The notes under the pieces: model-generated
Databases searched by the model: none
What the model saw: the letters and a program-made list of their open reading frames with translations, nothing else
What the model was told of the DNA's origin: nothing
Position numbers and translations under genes: made by a program
Shown here: positions 1 to 10,341 of the stretch, one piece after another
Layout of the letters: the number at the start of each line of letters is the position of its first letter
Position numbering within the stretch: position 1 is the first letter of the stretch
NCBI GenBank assembly: GCA_008080765.1
Contig: SHMU01000004.1
Coordinates: 1-54,311 of the forward strand
DNA from: Promethearchaeota archaeon
GTDB taxonomy: Archaea; Asgardarchaeota; Lokiarchaeia; Sigyniarchaeales; SOKP01
Direction of reading: 5' to 3'
Length of the DNA stretch: 54,311 bases

Positions 1-102
1 GAACGTATCGGCGGATATCATTCGACAATATATTAAGAATCAAAAAACAAAGAGTGGCGTCTCATCCACCGACTAAAGTCGGTGGTTTCCACGCTTGCAT
101 AA
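1..102 (+). mobile_element. Right end of an IS200-like element with subterminal hairpin
   Basis: Perfect hairpin CCACCGAC-TAAA-GTCGGTGG at 66-85, typical of IS200/IS605 ends, overlapping the tnpA stop; exact end approximate. Confidence 0.7.
2..76 (+). CDS. tnpA: C-terminal end of an IS200/IS605-family Y1 (HUH) transposase, partial at window edge
   Basis: Frame from nt 2 reads NVSADIIRQYIKNQKTKSGVSSTD*, matching the catalytic-Tyr helix (YIxNQ) of Y1 transposases; immediately followed by a subterminal hairpin. Confidence 0.75.
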   Translation, partial: NVSADIIRQYIKNQKTKSGVSSTD

Positions 103-600
103 TTTATGAATCTCAGGTATTAGTAATAATAGATTTTTGATAGGATGACGTAGTTTTTCCCCAATTGTGGCAATTATTGTACGATTAGAATGAAATACCT
201 CTTTGATAAATGATTCAAAAAAATCTGAAAATAATTCCATTTTACCGATTTCATCAATGATTAGTACTAGTTCTTTCTCGTTTTTCTTCTTGCGGTATTT
301 CGATAGATCTTCAATCAAGGCTATTAGATATTGTTCAAACGTTTCAATAAATACATTATAATTTCCGAGCTTATAGTTTGAATCCATAGTTCCTTTTCTC
401 GCTAGGGGTATTCTTAGAGAGGATTTAATATCTAATATATTGAATCCTATTCTCTTTCCATTTTCAATTATTTCTGGCGTTAAAAATCCTATTAGGAAGA
501 GTTCAGGTCCCAAAGTATCTAGTATCCTTCGTATTAAGGTAGACTTTCCAGAACGTGGTGGTCCCGTTATTAATATTTTAAGATTCGTCCTTCCTTTCAC
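73..600 (-). CDS. Nucleoside-triphosphatase (THEP1/NTPase_1 family), 3' end apparently replaced by IS sequence
   Basis: KILITGPPRSGKST P-loop, GFLTPE, RIGF, IIDEIGKMEL motifs; last residues (CKRGNHRL) read through the IS end. Confidence 0.85.
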   Translation of the reverse strand: MKGRTNLKILITGPPRSGKSTLIRRILDTLGPELFLIGFLTPEIIENGKRIGFNILDIKSSLRIPLARKGTMDSNYKLGNYNVFIETFEQYLIALIEDLSKYRKKKNEKELVLIIDEIGKMELFSDFFESFIKEVFHSNRTIIATIGEKLRHPIKNLLLLIPEIHKLCKRGNHRL

Positions 601-701
601 CTTTGAATGGATTCCATATAGGTGGTAAAAAAAAATATTTTTCTTTATATAAACATTATTTTATAACATTAGTAATCAAAATAATATAAAATTATTTAAC
701 A

Positions 702-1541
702 ATGGAGCATAAAGAAGATTCGTTTATTGGCGAAAAGGATTTAAAGATATACTATCAAATATGGATTCCTGAAGGTAGTCCAAAAGCAGTGATACAAATT
801 GTACACGGATTCGGGGAGCATTCTGGTAGATACATGAATGTAGTAAATAAATTGGTTCCAATGGGATATATCATCTATGCAGACGATCATAGAGGGCACG
901 GGAAATCAGATGGTGTAGAAAATTATGTAGATTCGTTTGATCTATATGTAGAGGATGAAAAGAAGTTATATGATATTGCACGAGAGAATCATCCCAATAT
1001 TCCTTATTTTATGTTGGGACACTCCATGGGGTCAGGAATCGCTCAATATTTTGCGAAAAAGTACCAATCATTATTGGATGGATTAATTCTTTCTGGAGCA
1101 GGAAATTCTGTGGGAGATGAAGTATCTGGATTTATAAAAGTAATGTCAAAAGCTATGGCGGTCTTAGCACCTAAGATGACCGTAGATTCTGGATTGGATC
1201 CAAATTTTCTCAGCCATGATCCCCAAGTCGTTCAAGCATATATTGATGATCCGTTAGTACATTATGAGAAAGTAACTGCCCGTCTTGGGAAAGAAATGCT
1301 TGTTCGATTTACTAACTTGGATGAAGTCGTCGAAGAGTTAACATTACCCCTACTCGTTCAATGTGGTTCTGAGGATAAAGCAGTTTTTGGGATTGATGAA
1401 CTCAAACAACATTACACAATGGAGGATAAAACCGTAAAAATTTACGATGGATTATATCACGAAGTCTATAATGAAGTAAAAGATAAAAGAGAGATCGTGT
1501 TAAACGAACTTGCACAATGGCTTGAGAATCACATAAAATAA
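702..1541 (+). CDS. Alpha/beta hydrolase, lysophospholipase/monoacylglycerol lipase family
   Basis: HGFGEHSGRY, DHRGHGKS, GHSMG nucleophile elbow, GLYHEVYNE catalytic His. Confidence 0.9.
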   Translation: MEHKEDSFIGEKDLKIYYQIWIPEGSPKAVIQIVHGFGEHSGRYMNVVNKLVPMGYIIYADDHRGHGKSDGVENYVDSFDLYVEDEKKLYDIARENHPNIPYFMLGHSMGSGIAQYFAKKYQSLLDGLILSGAGNSVGDEVSGFIKVMSKAMAVLAPKMTVDSGLDPNFLSHDPQVVQAYIDDPLVHYEKVTARLGKEMLVRFTNLDEVVEELTLPLLVQCGSEDKAVFGIDELKQHYTMEDKTVKIYDGLYHEVYNEVKDKREIVLNELAQWLENHIK

Positions 1542-1589
1542 CAACTTTTAAATTTATCTTTTTGTTTTTTATTTTTTTTGAAATGTGGG

Positions 1590-1716
1590 TGAATAAGCCA
1601 ATGAATAAGCCAATGAATAAGCCAATGAATAAGCCAATGAATAAGCCAATGAATAAGCCAATGAATAAGCCAATGAATAAGCCAATGAATAAGCCAATGA
1701 ATAAGCCAATGAATAA
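1590..1716. repeat. Perfect 12-bp tandem repeat (TGAATAAGCCAA) x ~10.6
   Basis: Read directly; intergenic between convergent lipase and dnaJ genes; no spacers. Confidence 0.97.
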
Positions 1717-1791
1717 ACTGATAAACAAAAATCGATAAGTAAACTACTGCTTTAATAAGAGCATAAAAGAGCTAATTAATAAAATATTCTA

Positions 1792-2919
1792 TTAAGAATT
1801 CGATAGTTCTTGAAACTGTTGTAATAATTCTTTTTGTTCTTTATTAGTTGATTTCGGAATGATGATATTAATGACTATATATTGATCTCCTCGTCCTCTC
1901 CCTCTCATATAAGTCGCACCTCTGTTTTTAATGCGAAATTCCGTTCCAAACTGAGTCCCTGGCGGAATATCTAATTCTTTCTCTACTATTTCCTCTTTCT
2001 TATAATTTAAAGTGGGAACGACAATGCTACCTCCTAAGATTGCGGTGACAACATCCACATCCACTTTTGTAAATAAATCATTGCCTCTGCGAATAAAGTT
2101 TTCATTTTGCTCAACCTTGATCTTTAGATATAAATCACCAGGAATTGCATCTCTCGAAGGAATGTGTCCGGCACCTTGTGCTTTTAGATGGACTCCATTT
2201 TCAATACCAGGAGGTATTTCTAATCCTTTGATTTGTTTTTTTTGTTTGACAACTTTCTTTCCTTTACAAACGTGACATTTGTTTTTAATGGTTTTCCCGC
2301 TTCCATCACAATAGGGACATTCTGATTCTCTGATAATCGTTCCAAATCCAGAACGAGTCATTTTTCTGTATCTACCGGAACCTTGACATTCAGGGCATGT
2401 TTCAATTGAAGAAAGATCTTCTGCCCCAGTTCCATCGCATTCTGAGCATGGGACATAGCGTTCGATTTCGACATCTTTTTTTACTCCAAAGATAGCTTCT
2501 TTAAAGCTAATATCGAGAATTCTTTCAATATCTTGACCTACTTCTCTTCTCTGTGCTCTTCGATTTGCTGTACCGCCACTTCCAAAGCCCCCGAAGCCTC
2601 CGAAGCCTCCGAAGCCCCCGAAAAATGATTCAAAGATCTCATCAATGCCCGGAATTCCTCCTTGAAAGATATCAGACATATCAACATCAACCCCCCTAAA
2701 CCCGAAGTTGTCATAATTTCGGCGCTTTTGGTCATCGCTCAGTACTTCATAGGCTTCCTGCACTTCAATAAATTTTTCTTTGGCATTAGGATCTTCCTTA
2801 TTGACATCTGGATGATATCTTTTTGCTAATCTTCGATAAGCCAATTTGATTTCGTCAACACTTGCATCCTTAGAAACACCTAAGACCTCGTAGTAATCTC
2901 TCTTATTAGATGAGCTCAT
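1792..2919 (-). CDS. dnaJ: Molecular chaperone DnaJ
   Basis: J domain with HPD, G/F-rich region, four CxxCxGxG-type zinc repeats, C-terminal domain. Confidence 0.97.
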   Translation of the reverse strand: MSSSNKRDYYEVLGVSKDASVDEIKLAYRRLAKRYHPDVNKEDPNAKEKFIEVQEAYEVLSDDQKRRNYDNFGFRGVDVDMSDIFQGGIPGIDEIFESFFGGFGGFGGFGGFGSGGTANRRAQRREVGQDIERILDISFKEAIFGVKKDVEIERYVPCSECDGTGAEDLSSIETCPECQGSGRYRKMTRSGFGTIIRESECPYCDGSGKTIKNKCHVCKGKKVVKQKKQIKGLEIPPGIENGVHLKAQGAGHIPSRDAIPGDLYLKIKVEQNENFIRRGNDLFTKVDVDVVTAILGGSIVVPTLNYKKEEIVEKELDIPPGTQFGTEFRIKNRGATYMRGRGRGDQYIVINIIIPKSTNKEQKELLQQFQELSNS

Positions 2920-3129
2920 AGTAATATATTCTTTTCACTTAGTCTTGATTAATTAATTCTAAATGCTATTTAGGTAAATCTTTATTACAATTTAATTTTT
3001 TTTCTTGTATTACATATTTTTTACTACCTATGTAGAAAAAATAAAATGAAAATAATAAAAAGAAACCGTAATAAATCCTCTAATCCATCAATTATGAATT
3101 ATGGGAATTTAATGTCTAGTAGAATTTAG

Positions 3130-5127
3130 TTAGTCCTCGTCCCAATCTACATCTACTACGTTTTCCTTTTCTTCGGATTCCTCTTCTTTCTTCGATTTGT
3201 AGGAAGCTCCTCCAGATCCTGTGGCTCCAGTACCTGGTGCGCCCCCCATACCTCCCGGTGGAGCGCCTGTACCTCCTTGGGCTGCTCTTTGTGCTTGCTC
3301 AGCTGCTTGCTGATAAGCTTGCTGTTGTCCTGGTTGCGCATACACTCTCTGAGAAAAGGCGTGCATTGATTTTTGGAGATTCTCTATTCCTGCTTTAATA
3401 CGATTAAGATCATCACTTTGTATGTCTTCTTCTAAAGATTTGATGGCGACTTCAATTTGTTGTTTTTCATCGTCCAAAATTTTATCCTTGTTTTCATCTA
3501 ATAATTTTCTGGTTTGATATATCATTGATTCTGCGTTATTTCTTGCCTCGATTAATTCCTTTAGCTTTTTATCCTCTTCTTCATACTTCTCTGCCTCTCT
3601 CACTTTACGTTGGATTTCATCTTCAGAAAGTCCTTTTGCTCCAGTCACCGTAATTCCTTGTTCCTTACCGGTTCCTAAATCCTTTGCGGTCACATGAACA
3701 ATACCATCGGCGTCAATTGAAAATTTTACTTCTATCTGAGGTACCCCTCGCGGAGCAGGTGGAATTCCCGTCAAATGAAATTCTCCAAGCGAAATATTGT
3801 CTTTCGCCATTGCTCTTTCTCCTTGGAGTACATTTATGGTGACTGCGGGTTGATTATCGGTTGCCGTAGAAAATATCTTTTTCTTTTCGGTAGGAATTGT
3901 AGTATTTCGTTCAATTAATTTTGTAAAAACACCACCTAATGTTTCTACTCCTAAGGAAAGGGGAGTCACGTCTAGTAATAATAAATCATCAATTTCTCCA
4001 GCAATAACTCCCGCTTGAATTGCAGCTCCTATTGCTACACATTCCATAGGATCAACGGAGTGTTCGGGCTCTTTATTGAAGAATTTCTTGAATCGATCTT
4101 GAACACAAGGCATCCGTGTAGGACCACCTACTAACAGAATTTTATCTACCTCACTGATAGGTAACTTACTATCCTCCGTAGAGCGTTTCATAATGGGGTC
4201 TAACCTTCTTAAGACCGGTTCTACTAATTGCTCCAATTTAGATCGAGTTAACTCCATTTCTAAATGAACAGGATTTCCCTCTCTTTGTGAGATATAAGGA
4301 AGATTTATACTGGTAGATAGCGTAGTGGAAAGCTCTATTTTTGCTTTTTCGGCAGCATCCTTTACTCGAATCATTGCTTTTTTATCATTTCGCAAATCAA
4401 TTCCTTCTTTCTTTTCAAATTCATCAATAATCCAATCAGTAATTTTATCATCCATATCCCGGCCACCTAATTGGGTATCACCGGCAGTTGAAAGGACTTC
4501 AACTACACCTTCTCCGTATTCCATTAGGGTGATATCAAAAGTTCCGCCTCCCAAGTCAAGAACGCAGATTTTAAGTAACTCATCGGATACTCTGTCTAAC
4601 CCGTATGCTAAGCATGCAGCAGTAGGTTCGTTGATCATTCGAACCACTTCCAATCCTGCGATTTCTCCGGCATTTTTTGTAGCAGTTCTTTGAGCATCGT
4701 TAAAATATGCGGGAACGGTAATTACAGCTTTCTTGACTTCCTCTCCTAGATAATCTGAGGCATCATTCTTGATCTTTTTTAGAATCATGGCGCTGATTTC
4801 CTCGGGAGTGAATTGCTTTATTTCATCTCCTACTTTGACTTCCGCTTTATAACTTAAGCCCATTTTACGTTTTATGCCCGTAATAGTACCTTCAGGATTA
4901 GATAATGCTTGTCTGCGTGCGGGCTCACCAACTATTTTTCTTCCATTCTCATCAAATGCCACATACGAAGGAAAGGCTTTTCCACCAAGAGTTCGCCCTT
5001 CTGCGGCGGGAACAATTTCAGGTTTACCAACAGCATTTAGTACAGCACAAGCACTATTGCTTGTACCGAGGTCTATACCTATAATTCTCTCTTTTCGTGT
5101 TCGTTTTTTCTTTTCTCCTTCACTCAT
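3130..5127 (-). CDS. dnaK: Molecular chaperone DnaK (Hsp70)
   Basis: [40 protein letters not shown]. Confidence 0.98.
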   Translation of the reverse strand: MSEGEKKKRTRKERIIGIDLGTSNSACAVLNAVGKPEIVPAAEGRTLGGKAFPSYVAFDENGRKIVGEPARRQALSNPEGTITGIKRKMGLSYKAEVKVGDEIKQFTPEEISAMILKKIKNDASDYLGEEVKKAVITVPAYFNDAQRTATKNAGEIAGLEVVRMINEPTAACLAYGLDRVSDELLKICVLDLGGGTFDITLMEYGEGVVEVLSTAGDTQLGGRDMDDKITDWIIDEFEKKEGIDLRNDKKAMIRVKDAAEKAKIELSTTLSTSINLPYISQREGNPVHLEMELTRSKLEQLVEPVLRRLDPIMKRSTEDSKLPISEVDKILLVGGPTRMPCVQDRFKKFFNKEPEHSVDPMECVAIGAAIQAGVIAGEIDDLLLLDVTPLSLGVETLGGVFTKLIERNTTIPTEKKKIFSTATDNQPAVTINVLQGERAMAKDNISLGEFHLTGIPPAPRGVPQIEVKFSIDADGIVHVTAKDLGTGKEQGITVTGAKGLSEDEIQRKVREAEKYEEEDKKLKELIEARNNAESMIYQTRKLLDENKDKILDDEKQQIEVAIKSLEEDIQSDDLNRIKAGIENLQKSMHAFSQRVYAQPGQQQAYQQAAEQAQRAAQGGTGAPPGGMGGAPGTGATGSGGASYKSKKEEESEEKENVVDVDWDED

Positions 5128-5319
5128 TATTAACTTTCACTTTTTAAAGAGTATTTGTTTATGATTCTAATTTGTAAATTTATAATTGTGATTAAATCTT
5201 GCTTTAATAAACTAAATTAAGTATATCTTAAATTTTTTTTTAATGATCTCTAAATCAAAAAATTTTTTAGAAATTCTACTATAGGTTACTTAAAAATACT
5301 ATTGATAAGAGATTGAGAA

Positions 5320-6180
5320 ATGGATAAAAAAGGAGAAGAAATTAATACCACCTCCCCAAAAGATGACCAAACACGCGAAGCAGAGGTAGAGAAGGAATCT
5401 AAGAAAGAAAATAATAAAGAGAAAAAAAAAACTTTTAAAGATAAATTTGAAGAAGAGCTAAAGGAATTTTCCAAAGAGGAGTTAATTGAAAAAATTATTA
5501 CATTAGAGCAAAAGAAATCGGAGCTGCAAGATCAAAATGAAAACATGAGGGAAGATATTGACAAATGGAAAGATAAATTTATGCGTCTTCAAGCAGAATT
5601 CGAAAATTCACAAAAGCGATGGGATAAGTCTCGAAAATCTCTGATGAATCAATCCATAGCGAATGTATTAAGAAATTTTTTACCTCTTTATGATTCGTTC
5701 CATAGTGCAATAAAGAATATAGAAAGCGACAACCCAATTATCCCTTTTTACAAACAATTTATGAATATTCTGAAATCGTATGATGCACATCCTCTTGAAA
5801 TAAATGAAGGAGATAAATTTAATTATGACTTGCATGAAGCACTTAGTTCTATTGAAAAAGAGGATATGCCAAACAATTCTATTGTTGATGTTATTCAAGA
5901 AGGATGGAAATTTAAGGATGATGTACTGAGATATGCGAAAGTAATCATTTCTCGAAAGCCAAAACCGCCAGAACCCCCTAAGCCTTCTAAAGAGGGGGAA
6001 AAAGCACCCATCGATGACGAAGTAGAGAGTACAGAAAAAAAAGAAGAAAAAGAGGGAAAGAAGGAGAACGAAAAAGAAAAAGAAAAAGAAGAAGAAGAAA
6101 AAGAAAAAGAAGAAGAAGAAAAAGAAAAAGAAGAAGAAGAAAAAGAAAAAGAAGAAGAAGAAAAAGAAAAGAATCCATAA
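5320..6180 (+). CDS. grpE: Nucleotide exchange factor GrpE with charged low-complexity tail
   Basis: RLQAEFEN, FNYDLHEAL, VIQEGW..VLRYAKV; adjacent to dnaK. Confidence 0.92.
   Translation: MDKKGEEINTTSPKDDQTREAEVEKESKKENNKEKKKTFKDKFEEELKEFSKEELIEKIITLEQKKSELQDQNENMREDIDKWKDKFMRLQAEFENSQKRWDKSRKSLMNQSIANVLRNFLPLYDSFHSAIKNIESDNPIIPFYKQFMNILKSYDAHPLEINEGDKFNYDLHEALSSIEKEDMPNNSIVDVIQEGWKFKDDVLRYAKVIISRKPKPPEPPKPSKEGEKAPIDDEVESTEKKEEKEGKKENEKEKEKEEEEKEKEEEEKEKEEEEKEKEEEEKEKNP
6070..6170 (+). repeat. 21-bp coding tandem repeat encoding KEKEEEE x4
   Basis: AAAGAAAAAGAAGAAGAAGAA units at the grpE 3' end. Confidence 0.9.
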
Positions 6181-6254
6181 TCTTCTCAATAAATTATTAA
6201 ATAGCTTTTTCTACTCAACCACATTCATTTTAGTTTTGAAATCATCCCGAGGAT

Positions 6255-7985
6255 TTAAGAGAAAGCTTTATCAAAAAATGATTCTTTCTCAATAAGACCC
6301 GCTTCTTGTAAAATTTTTCGATGATCAAAGGCCAATTTCGTTTTATGTAACTCTTTTATGGGGAGATATAATGCTTCTTTGGAATCAGTATCTCCACGTG
6401 CCTTAGAAGGGTCACCGGTAATTTCACAGAGAAATGCTGTTGAGTGCACTTCTCCACGAGGATCTCGTCCAGGTTCATCGAATACACCAATCTTTTTGAT
6501 AATTTTGATCTCCATATTTGTCTCTTCTTTAATTTCTCTAATAATTGCCTCTTTTGGAGTTTCTCCTTTATTTATAAACCCTCCGGGAAGTGCGAAAAAG
6601 TCTTGAAATGGGGGATATTTCCGTTTAATTAATAATATATTTCCTCTTCTATCAAGAATTACTCCATCAACAGTTTTTCTTATATTCTCTTTTTTAATAT
6701 CATATTTTACAAGCGCATAGTAAATTAATGCAATGACCAATACAGAACTGATTATAATAGCAAATGTTCCATTTAATATCACTGCAGGAATATCTCCTTC
6801 TCCTAAACTAAATGAGATCATCAACAATTCTGCTAAATCGGCAAGAATACCGGCGCCTAAGAGAAAGTTTAAAATATTTAATGCTTTTTCCGTTTTTTCT
6901 TGATCTTGATCAGATCTACGCTGATAAACTTCCCGCATTGTATCATAGATTAAAGAGAATTTTTCATTTACTCGTTCCTTCACGCTAGTTAAATCAAATT
7001 TGGTAATTAAATGTTTTAAAACGGTCGTGTAATGCTGCCGTCGATTATAATCTAATTCATTATATATCATACTGAGTGTATTTTGAAGGATCCCTCTAAG
7101 AAAGCGTAGATTTTTAAGTTTTTCTTCAAGGATTTCAATATCTTGTAATCCTTCCCTATGAGTGTTTAAGAAAAGGTAATCAAGAGAATTATTGATTTCT
7201 CGTAATGAAAACATTATAGTTCTAATTCTGGCAGTTGGTTCTAAGACATTTGTTTTCATATAAGAATTAAAAAATCTTTCATAGTTTTCTTCTGCCATAT
7301 ATACAAATCCTGAGTTTCGATTAATATAGTGTAATTCTGAAAGGCGATTAGATAGATTATTTTGTACTCTCTCCCGATAGAGGGAGGGAGAATAATCTTC
7401 CCATTGACCCGAGTATAATACCGTCCAATAAGACAAGTCTTTATCATGAGCGAAGACTTCCTCATCCGTCCATTCAATATCTCGAGGATCTGTTTTATTT
7501 GAGGTAGCAAATACAAAAATCGGGCTTTCTATATCAAAATAGATCTGCTCTTGAGAAAAGATCTGTTCTTTTTGAATTTCATTTTTGATAAGAAAGGGGA
7601 TTTGTTGAAGTAAAGTAGGTTTAATATCTTTCTTTTTTGCAGGATTGTCTTTGTAATATTCAACTTCAAAATAGAAATATCCGAGGGAATTGTAGAAATC
7701 ATTGGTGTTTTCATTGTAATATGGAAAATTATCAAATGATTCAATCCAATTGCATTTAAGGGATACATTTTTTGCCATCTGAATGAGATCATCTGCAAAT
7801 TCCTCTCGATAGGCATCCTTTTTTGAGATAGTAGAAATTCTCTTTTTTATAGCATTTTCAAGTCTCTGCGCAATTTCTAAAATATCTACTTTGACTGTAT
7901 TGACAAAAGCACTAATAAACCAATACTCTTCTTTATAGATAAATTTGATTTGTTTACTCATTGTAACTCTATTCTCATTCTTCAT
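6255..7985 (-). CDS. Membrane-anchored Nudix hydrolase fusion (large N-terminal domain, 2 TM helices, ADP-ribose pyrophosphatase-like Nudix)
   Basis: Nudix box GGFINKGETPKEAIIREIKEET, GRDPRG and LAFDH motifs; two hydrophobic helices at about aa 370-425. Confidence 0.8.
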   Translation of the reverse strand: MKNENRVTMSKQIKFIYKEEYWFISAFVNTVKVDILEIAQRLENAIKKRISTISKKDAYREEFADDLIQMAKNVSLKCNWIESFDNFPYYNENTNDFYNSLGYFYFEVEYYKDNPAKKKDIKPTLLQQIPFLIKNEIQKEQIFSQEQIYFDIESPIFVFATSNKTDPRDIEWTDEEVFAHDKDLSYWTVLYSGQWEDYSPSLYRERVQNNLSNRLSELHYINRNSGFVYMAEENYERFFNSYMKTNVLEPTARIRTIMFSLREINNSLDYLFLNTHREGLQDIEILEEKLKNLRFLRGILQNTLSMIYNELDYNRRQHYTTVLKHLITKFDLTSVKERVNEKFSLIYDTMREVYQRRSDQDQEKTEKALNILNFLLGAGILADLAELLMISFSLGEGDIPAVILNGTFAIIISSVLVIALIYYALVKYDIKKENIRKTVDGVILDRRGNILLIKRKYPPFQDFFALPGGFINKGETPKEAIIREIKEETNMEIKIIKKIGVFDEPGRDPRGEVHSTAFLCEITGDPSKARGDTDSKEALYLPIKELHKTKLAFDHRKILQEAGLIEKESFFDKAFS

Positions 7986-8174
7986 TTATTAGTTTTTTTT
8001 ATTATAATAAACATTTAGTAAGGATTAAATAAATAGTTAGTTAGTCGAGATAGAAACTGGTCTAAGCATTATTTATAAATTCTTTATCAAATTTATTCAT
8101 AATAGTTCTTATATAATATATAAAATTTAGAATTAAATTAGAAAGCGAACTAACTTTGAAAATAAAATTCAAAA

Positions 8175-9020
8175 ATGACTATGAATAATCAATTCTTTAA
8201 ACAAGTTTGGGCTTTTGCGGACAGATCTTTGCGTGAAATTATTCGCAATAAAATGGTACTTTTCTGGCTATTTTTATGGCCAATTCTATGGTTTTTTTTG
8301 TCAGTATTTCTGTTTATTGCTCCCAATACCCCTCCAGGTATTGGTCTACAGATCGCAATAGGTACAAATGCTATTTCAATGGGTATTTTTGCTTCTCTAA
8401 CCGCCACCATGGTGGGATTTTCCGTGGATTTTGCAGAAGACATCAATCTGAAACGATATCGTTTATATCGCTCCTATCCCATTAATCCTCTAGCGGACTT
8501 TTTAGGGCGATTTTTATCGGGGTTTATCTTTGGGTGCATTAGCTTTAGTGTAATAATAATTATATCGTTTATAATGGGTGCACGCATTATGTTCAATCCC
8601 ATACTCACTATTCCCATAGTGATTCTATCTTTATTACTACTAAGCTTTTTGGGAATGGGTGTCGGGCTTATCATAGCAAATATTTCCAATGATCCGAACT
8701 ATGCTGTAGGTTTTTCTTTGGTGGTCTTGATGCTTTTGTTTTTTATCACCGGGTATAATGGTACCGTTGCAACGATGTTTCCCGGACCTAAATGGATGCT
8801 AAATTTCTTTCCAAATTCTCTTGCTACACGATTAATTGCATTAGCATTAATTGATTTTACAGATTACGGTTTTGATAATCCTCCACTTTCACCACCTACT
8901 ATGCCAACCAATCCTCTTTATATTATTGTACTATTGATTTATGGGATTATATTTTTACTTATTGGATGGTTTTTAATGTATAAATTTCAATATCAGAGAA
9001 GATTATTTGGAGGGAAGTGA
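8175..9020 (+). CDS. ABC-2 type transporter permease
   Basis: About 6 TM helices; co-directional with the following ABC ATPase. Confidence 0.85.
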   Translation: MTMNNQFFKQVWAFADRSLREIIRNKMVLFWLFLWPILWFFLSVFLFIAPNTPPGIGLQIAIGTNAISMGIFASLTATMVGFSVDFAEDINLKRYRLYRSYPINPLADFLGRFLSGFIFGCISFSVIIIISFIMGARIMFNPILTIPIVILSLLLLSFLGMGVGLIIANISNDPNYAVGFSLVVLMLLFFITGYNGTVATMFPGPKWMLNFFPNSLATRLIALALIDFTDYGFDNPPLSPPTMPTNPLYIIVLLIYGIIFLLIGWFLMYKFQYQRRLFGGK

Positions 9021-9023
9021 AAT

Positions 9024-9938
9024 ATGAAAAAAATAATAACCGTGAAAAATCTCCAAAAGGAGTTTGAAGCAGACAGAGTATTACAAAATATTACAATGGA
9101 TGTGCACGAAAATGAGATTTTAGTTCTCCTTGGTCCTAATGGTGTTGGCAAAACGATTTTGCTCTGTTGCCTTACAGGAGGGATTATGCCTTCCCAAGGA
9201 GAAGTTTTAATAAATGGAAAATCGCCAGAATTAATGGAGATAAAAAAGCAAATTAGTTTTTTACTTCAAGGATCTATGGTCATTAATTTTTTAAATGGAA
9301 AAGAAAATATTGACTATTTTACCCGATTGCACGAAAAATCAACCGACAAGTGGAAAGAGCTTGTGAAAAAATTTGAGATTGAGGATGAATTAACAAAAAT
9401 TGTGAAAAATTATTCTGGTGGAATGAAACGGAAAATCGAGCTCATTATTGCATTAACAATGGATACCCCCATTTTAATATTTGACGAGCCCACTACAGGC
9501 TTGGACTTATCTATGATTCGGGTCTTCCATGATCTGTTGCTAAAAGAAAAAGATAAGGGAAAAACAGTTATTCTTTCCACTCATAACCCTATTAATGCAG
9601 AAATAGCTGATCGGATAATCTTTATGCGCGGAACAGAAGCAGGAAGCGAAATTATTACCTCAGATACTCCCCAAGGTTTATTAGATCAAGTACCAAGAAT
9701 TATTCGCTTAACTGCATCAACAGCAAAAATTAATCAAAGAATAGAAAACCATCTTTTAGGAGAACGTTTATTTGAAAAGGGAGGAGAATCCATTGGATTT
9801 ATCTCAGATGATGGTTCCACCTTAAATCAAATTAAATCAATTGTTGCTGATGAAAATCCGAAGTGTGAAGTCAAAATGGAAAGTCCAAGCTATACCGATA
9901 TGTTTAACTATTTTACCTATATTTGGCAAAAAGAATAG
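9024..9938 (+). CDS. ABC transporter ATP-binding protein
   Basis: Walker A GPNGVGKT, signature YSGGMKRK, Walker B IFDEPT, H-loop STH. Confidence 0.95.
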   Translation: MKKIITVKNLQKEFEADRVLQNITMDVHENEILVLLGPNGVGKTILLCCLTGGIMPSQGEVLINGKSPELMEIKKQISFLLQGSMVINFLNGKENIDYFTRLHEKSTDKWKELVKKFEIEDELTKIVKNYSGGMKRKIELIIALTMDTPILIFDEPTTGLDLSMIRVFHDLLLKEKDKGKTVILSTHNPINAEIADRIIFMRGTEAGSEIITSDTPQGLLDQVPRIIRLTASTAKINQRIENHLLGERLFEKGGESIGFISDDGSTLNQIKSIVADENPKCEVKMESPSYTDMFNYFTYIWQKE

Positions 9939-10021
9939 CATTTGAAAATTACTTTCAATTCTTTTTTTTCTTTGATTTTTTAATTTTAACCAAAAGATTA
10001 ATAGAGTTCTCTTAATTTAAT

Positions 10022-10062
10022 TAGATTAAGAAAATAGATTAAGAAAATAGATTAAGAAAATA
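10022..10062. repeat. 13-bp tandem repeat (TAGATTAAGAAAA) x3
   Basis: Read directly, just upstream of the start at 10066. Confidence 0.85.
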
Positions 10063-10065
10063 TTA

Positions 10066-10341
10066 ATGGAAATGAGCGAAGAACCGGAATTACCACCGCT
10101 TCCTGCAATAGGGGACATATTAGATCGAAAGGATCGTTTTATTCAGAAAGTATATAGTGTTGTTAACTGCAAGGATTGCAAAAAGGAATACACTCGAGAA
10201 TTTAAAAAAGGAGATTATACTTTCAAAGAAATTGAAAATGAAAAATGTCAAGAATGTGAGAAAACAACTAAAGCTATGATAACAGAAATCTATTCAGAAT
10301 GGATTGATCCCAAAAAAGTGAAAGACAACATTATTCCTTAA
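10066..10341 (+). CDS. Small zinc-ribbon protein
   Basis: CKDC...CQEC pairs, REFKKGDY motif; ATG start. Confidence 0.75.
   Translation: MEMSEEPELPPLPAIGDILDRKDRFIQKVYSVVNCKDCKKEYTREFKKGDYTFKEIENEKCQECEKTTKAMITEIYSEWIDPKKVKDNIIP

Noticed and set aside
1402-1728. 108-aa ORF with GLFI repeats, and the idea that the array is a CRISPR
   Set aside because: The ORF is a by-product of a stop-free 12-bp repeat overlapping the lipase gene; there are no spacers and no cas genes
2575-2625. 9-bp repeat in dnaJ
   Set aside because: Encodes the ordinary G/F-rich linker (GGF repeats)
5680-6189. Poly-Phe and poly-Leu ORFs
   Set aside because: Antisense shadows of the GAA/AAA repeat in grpE
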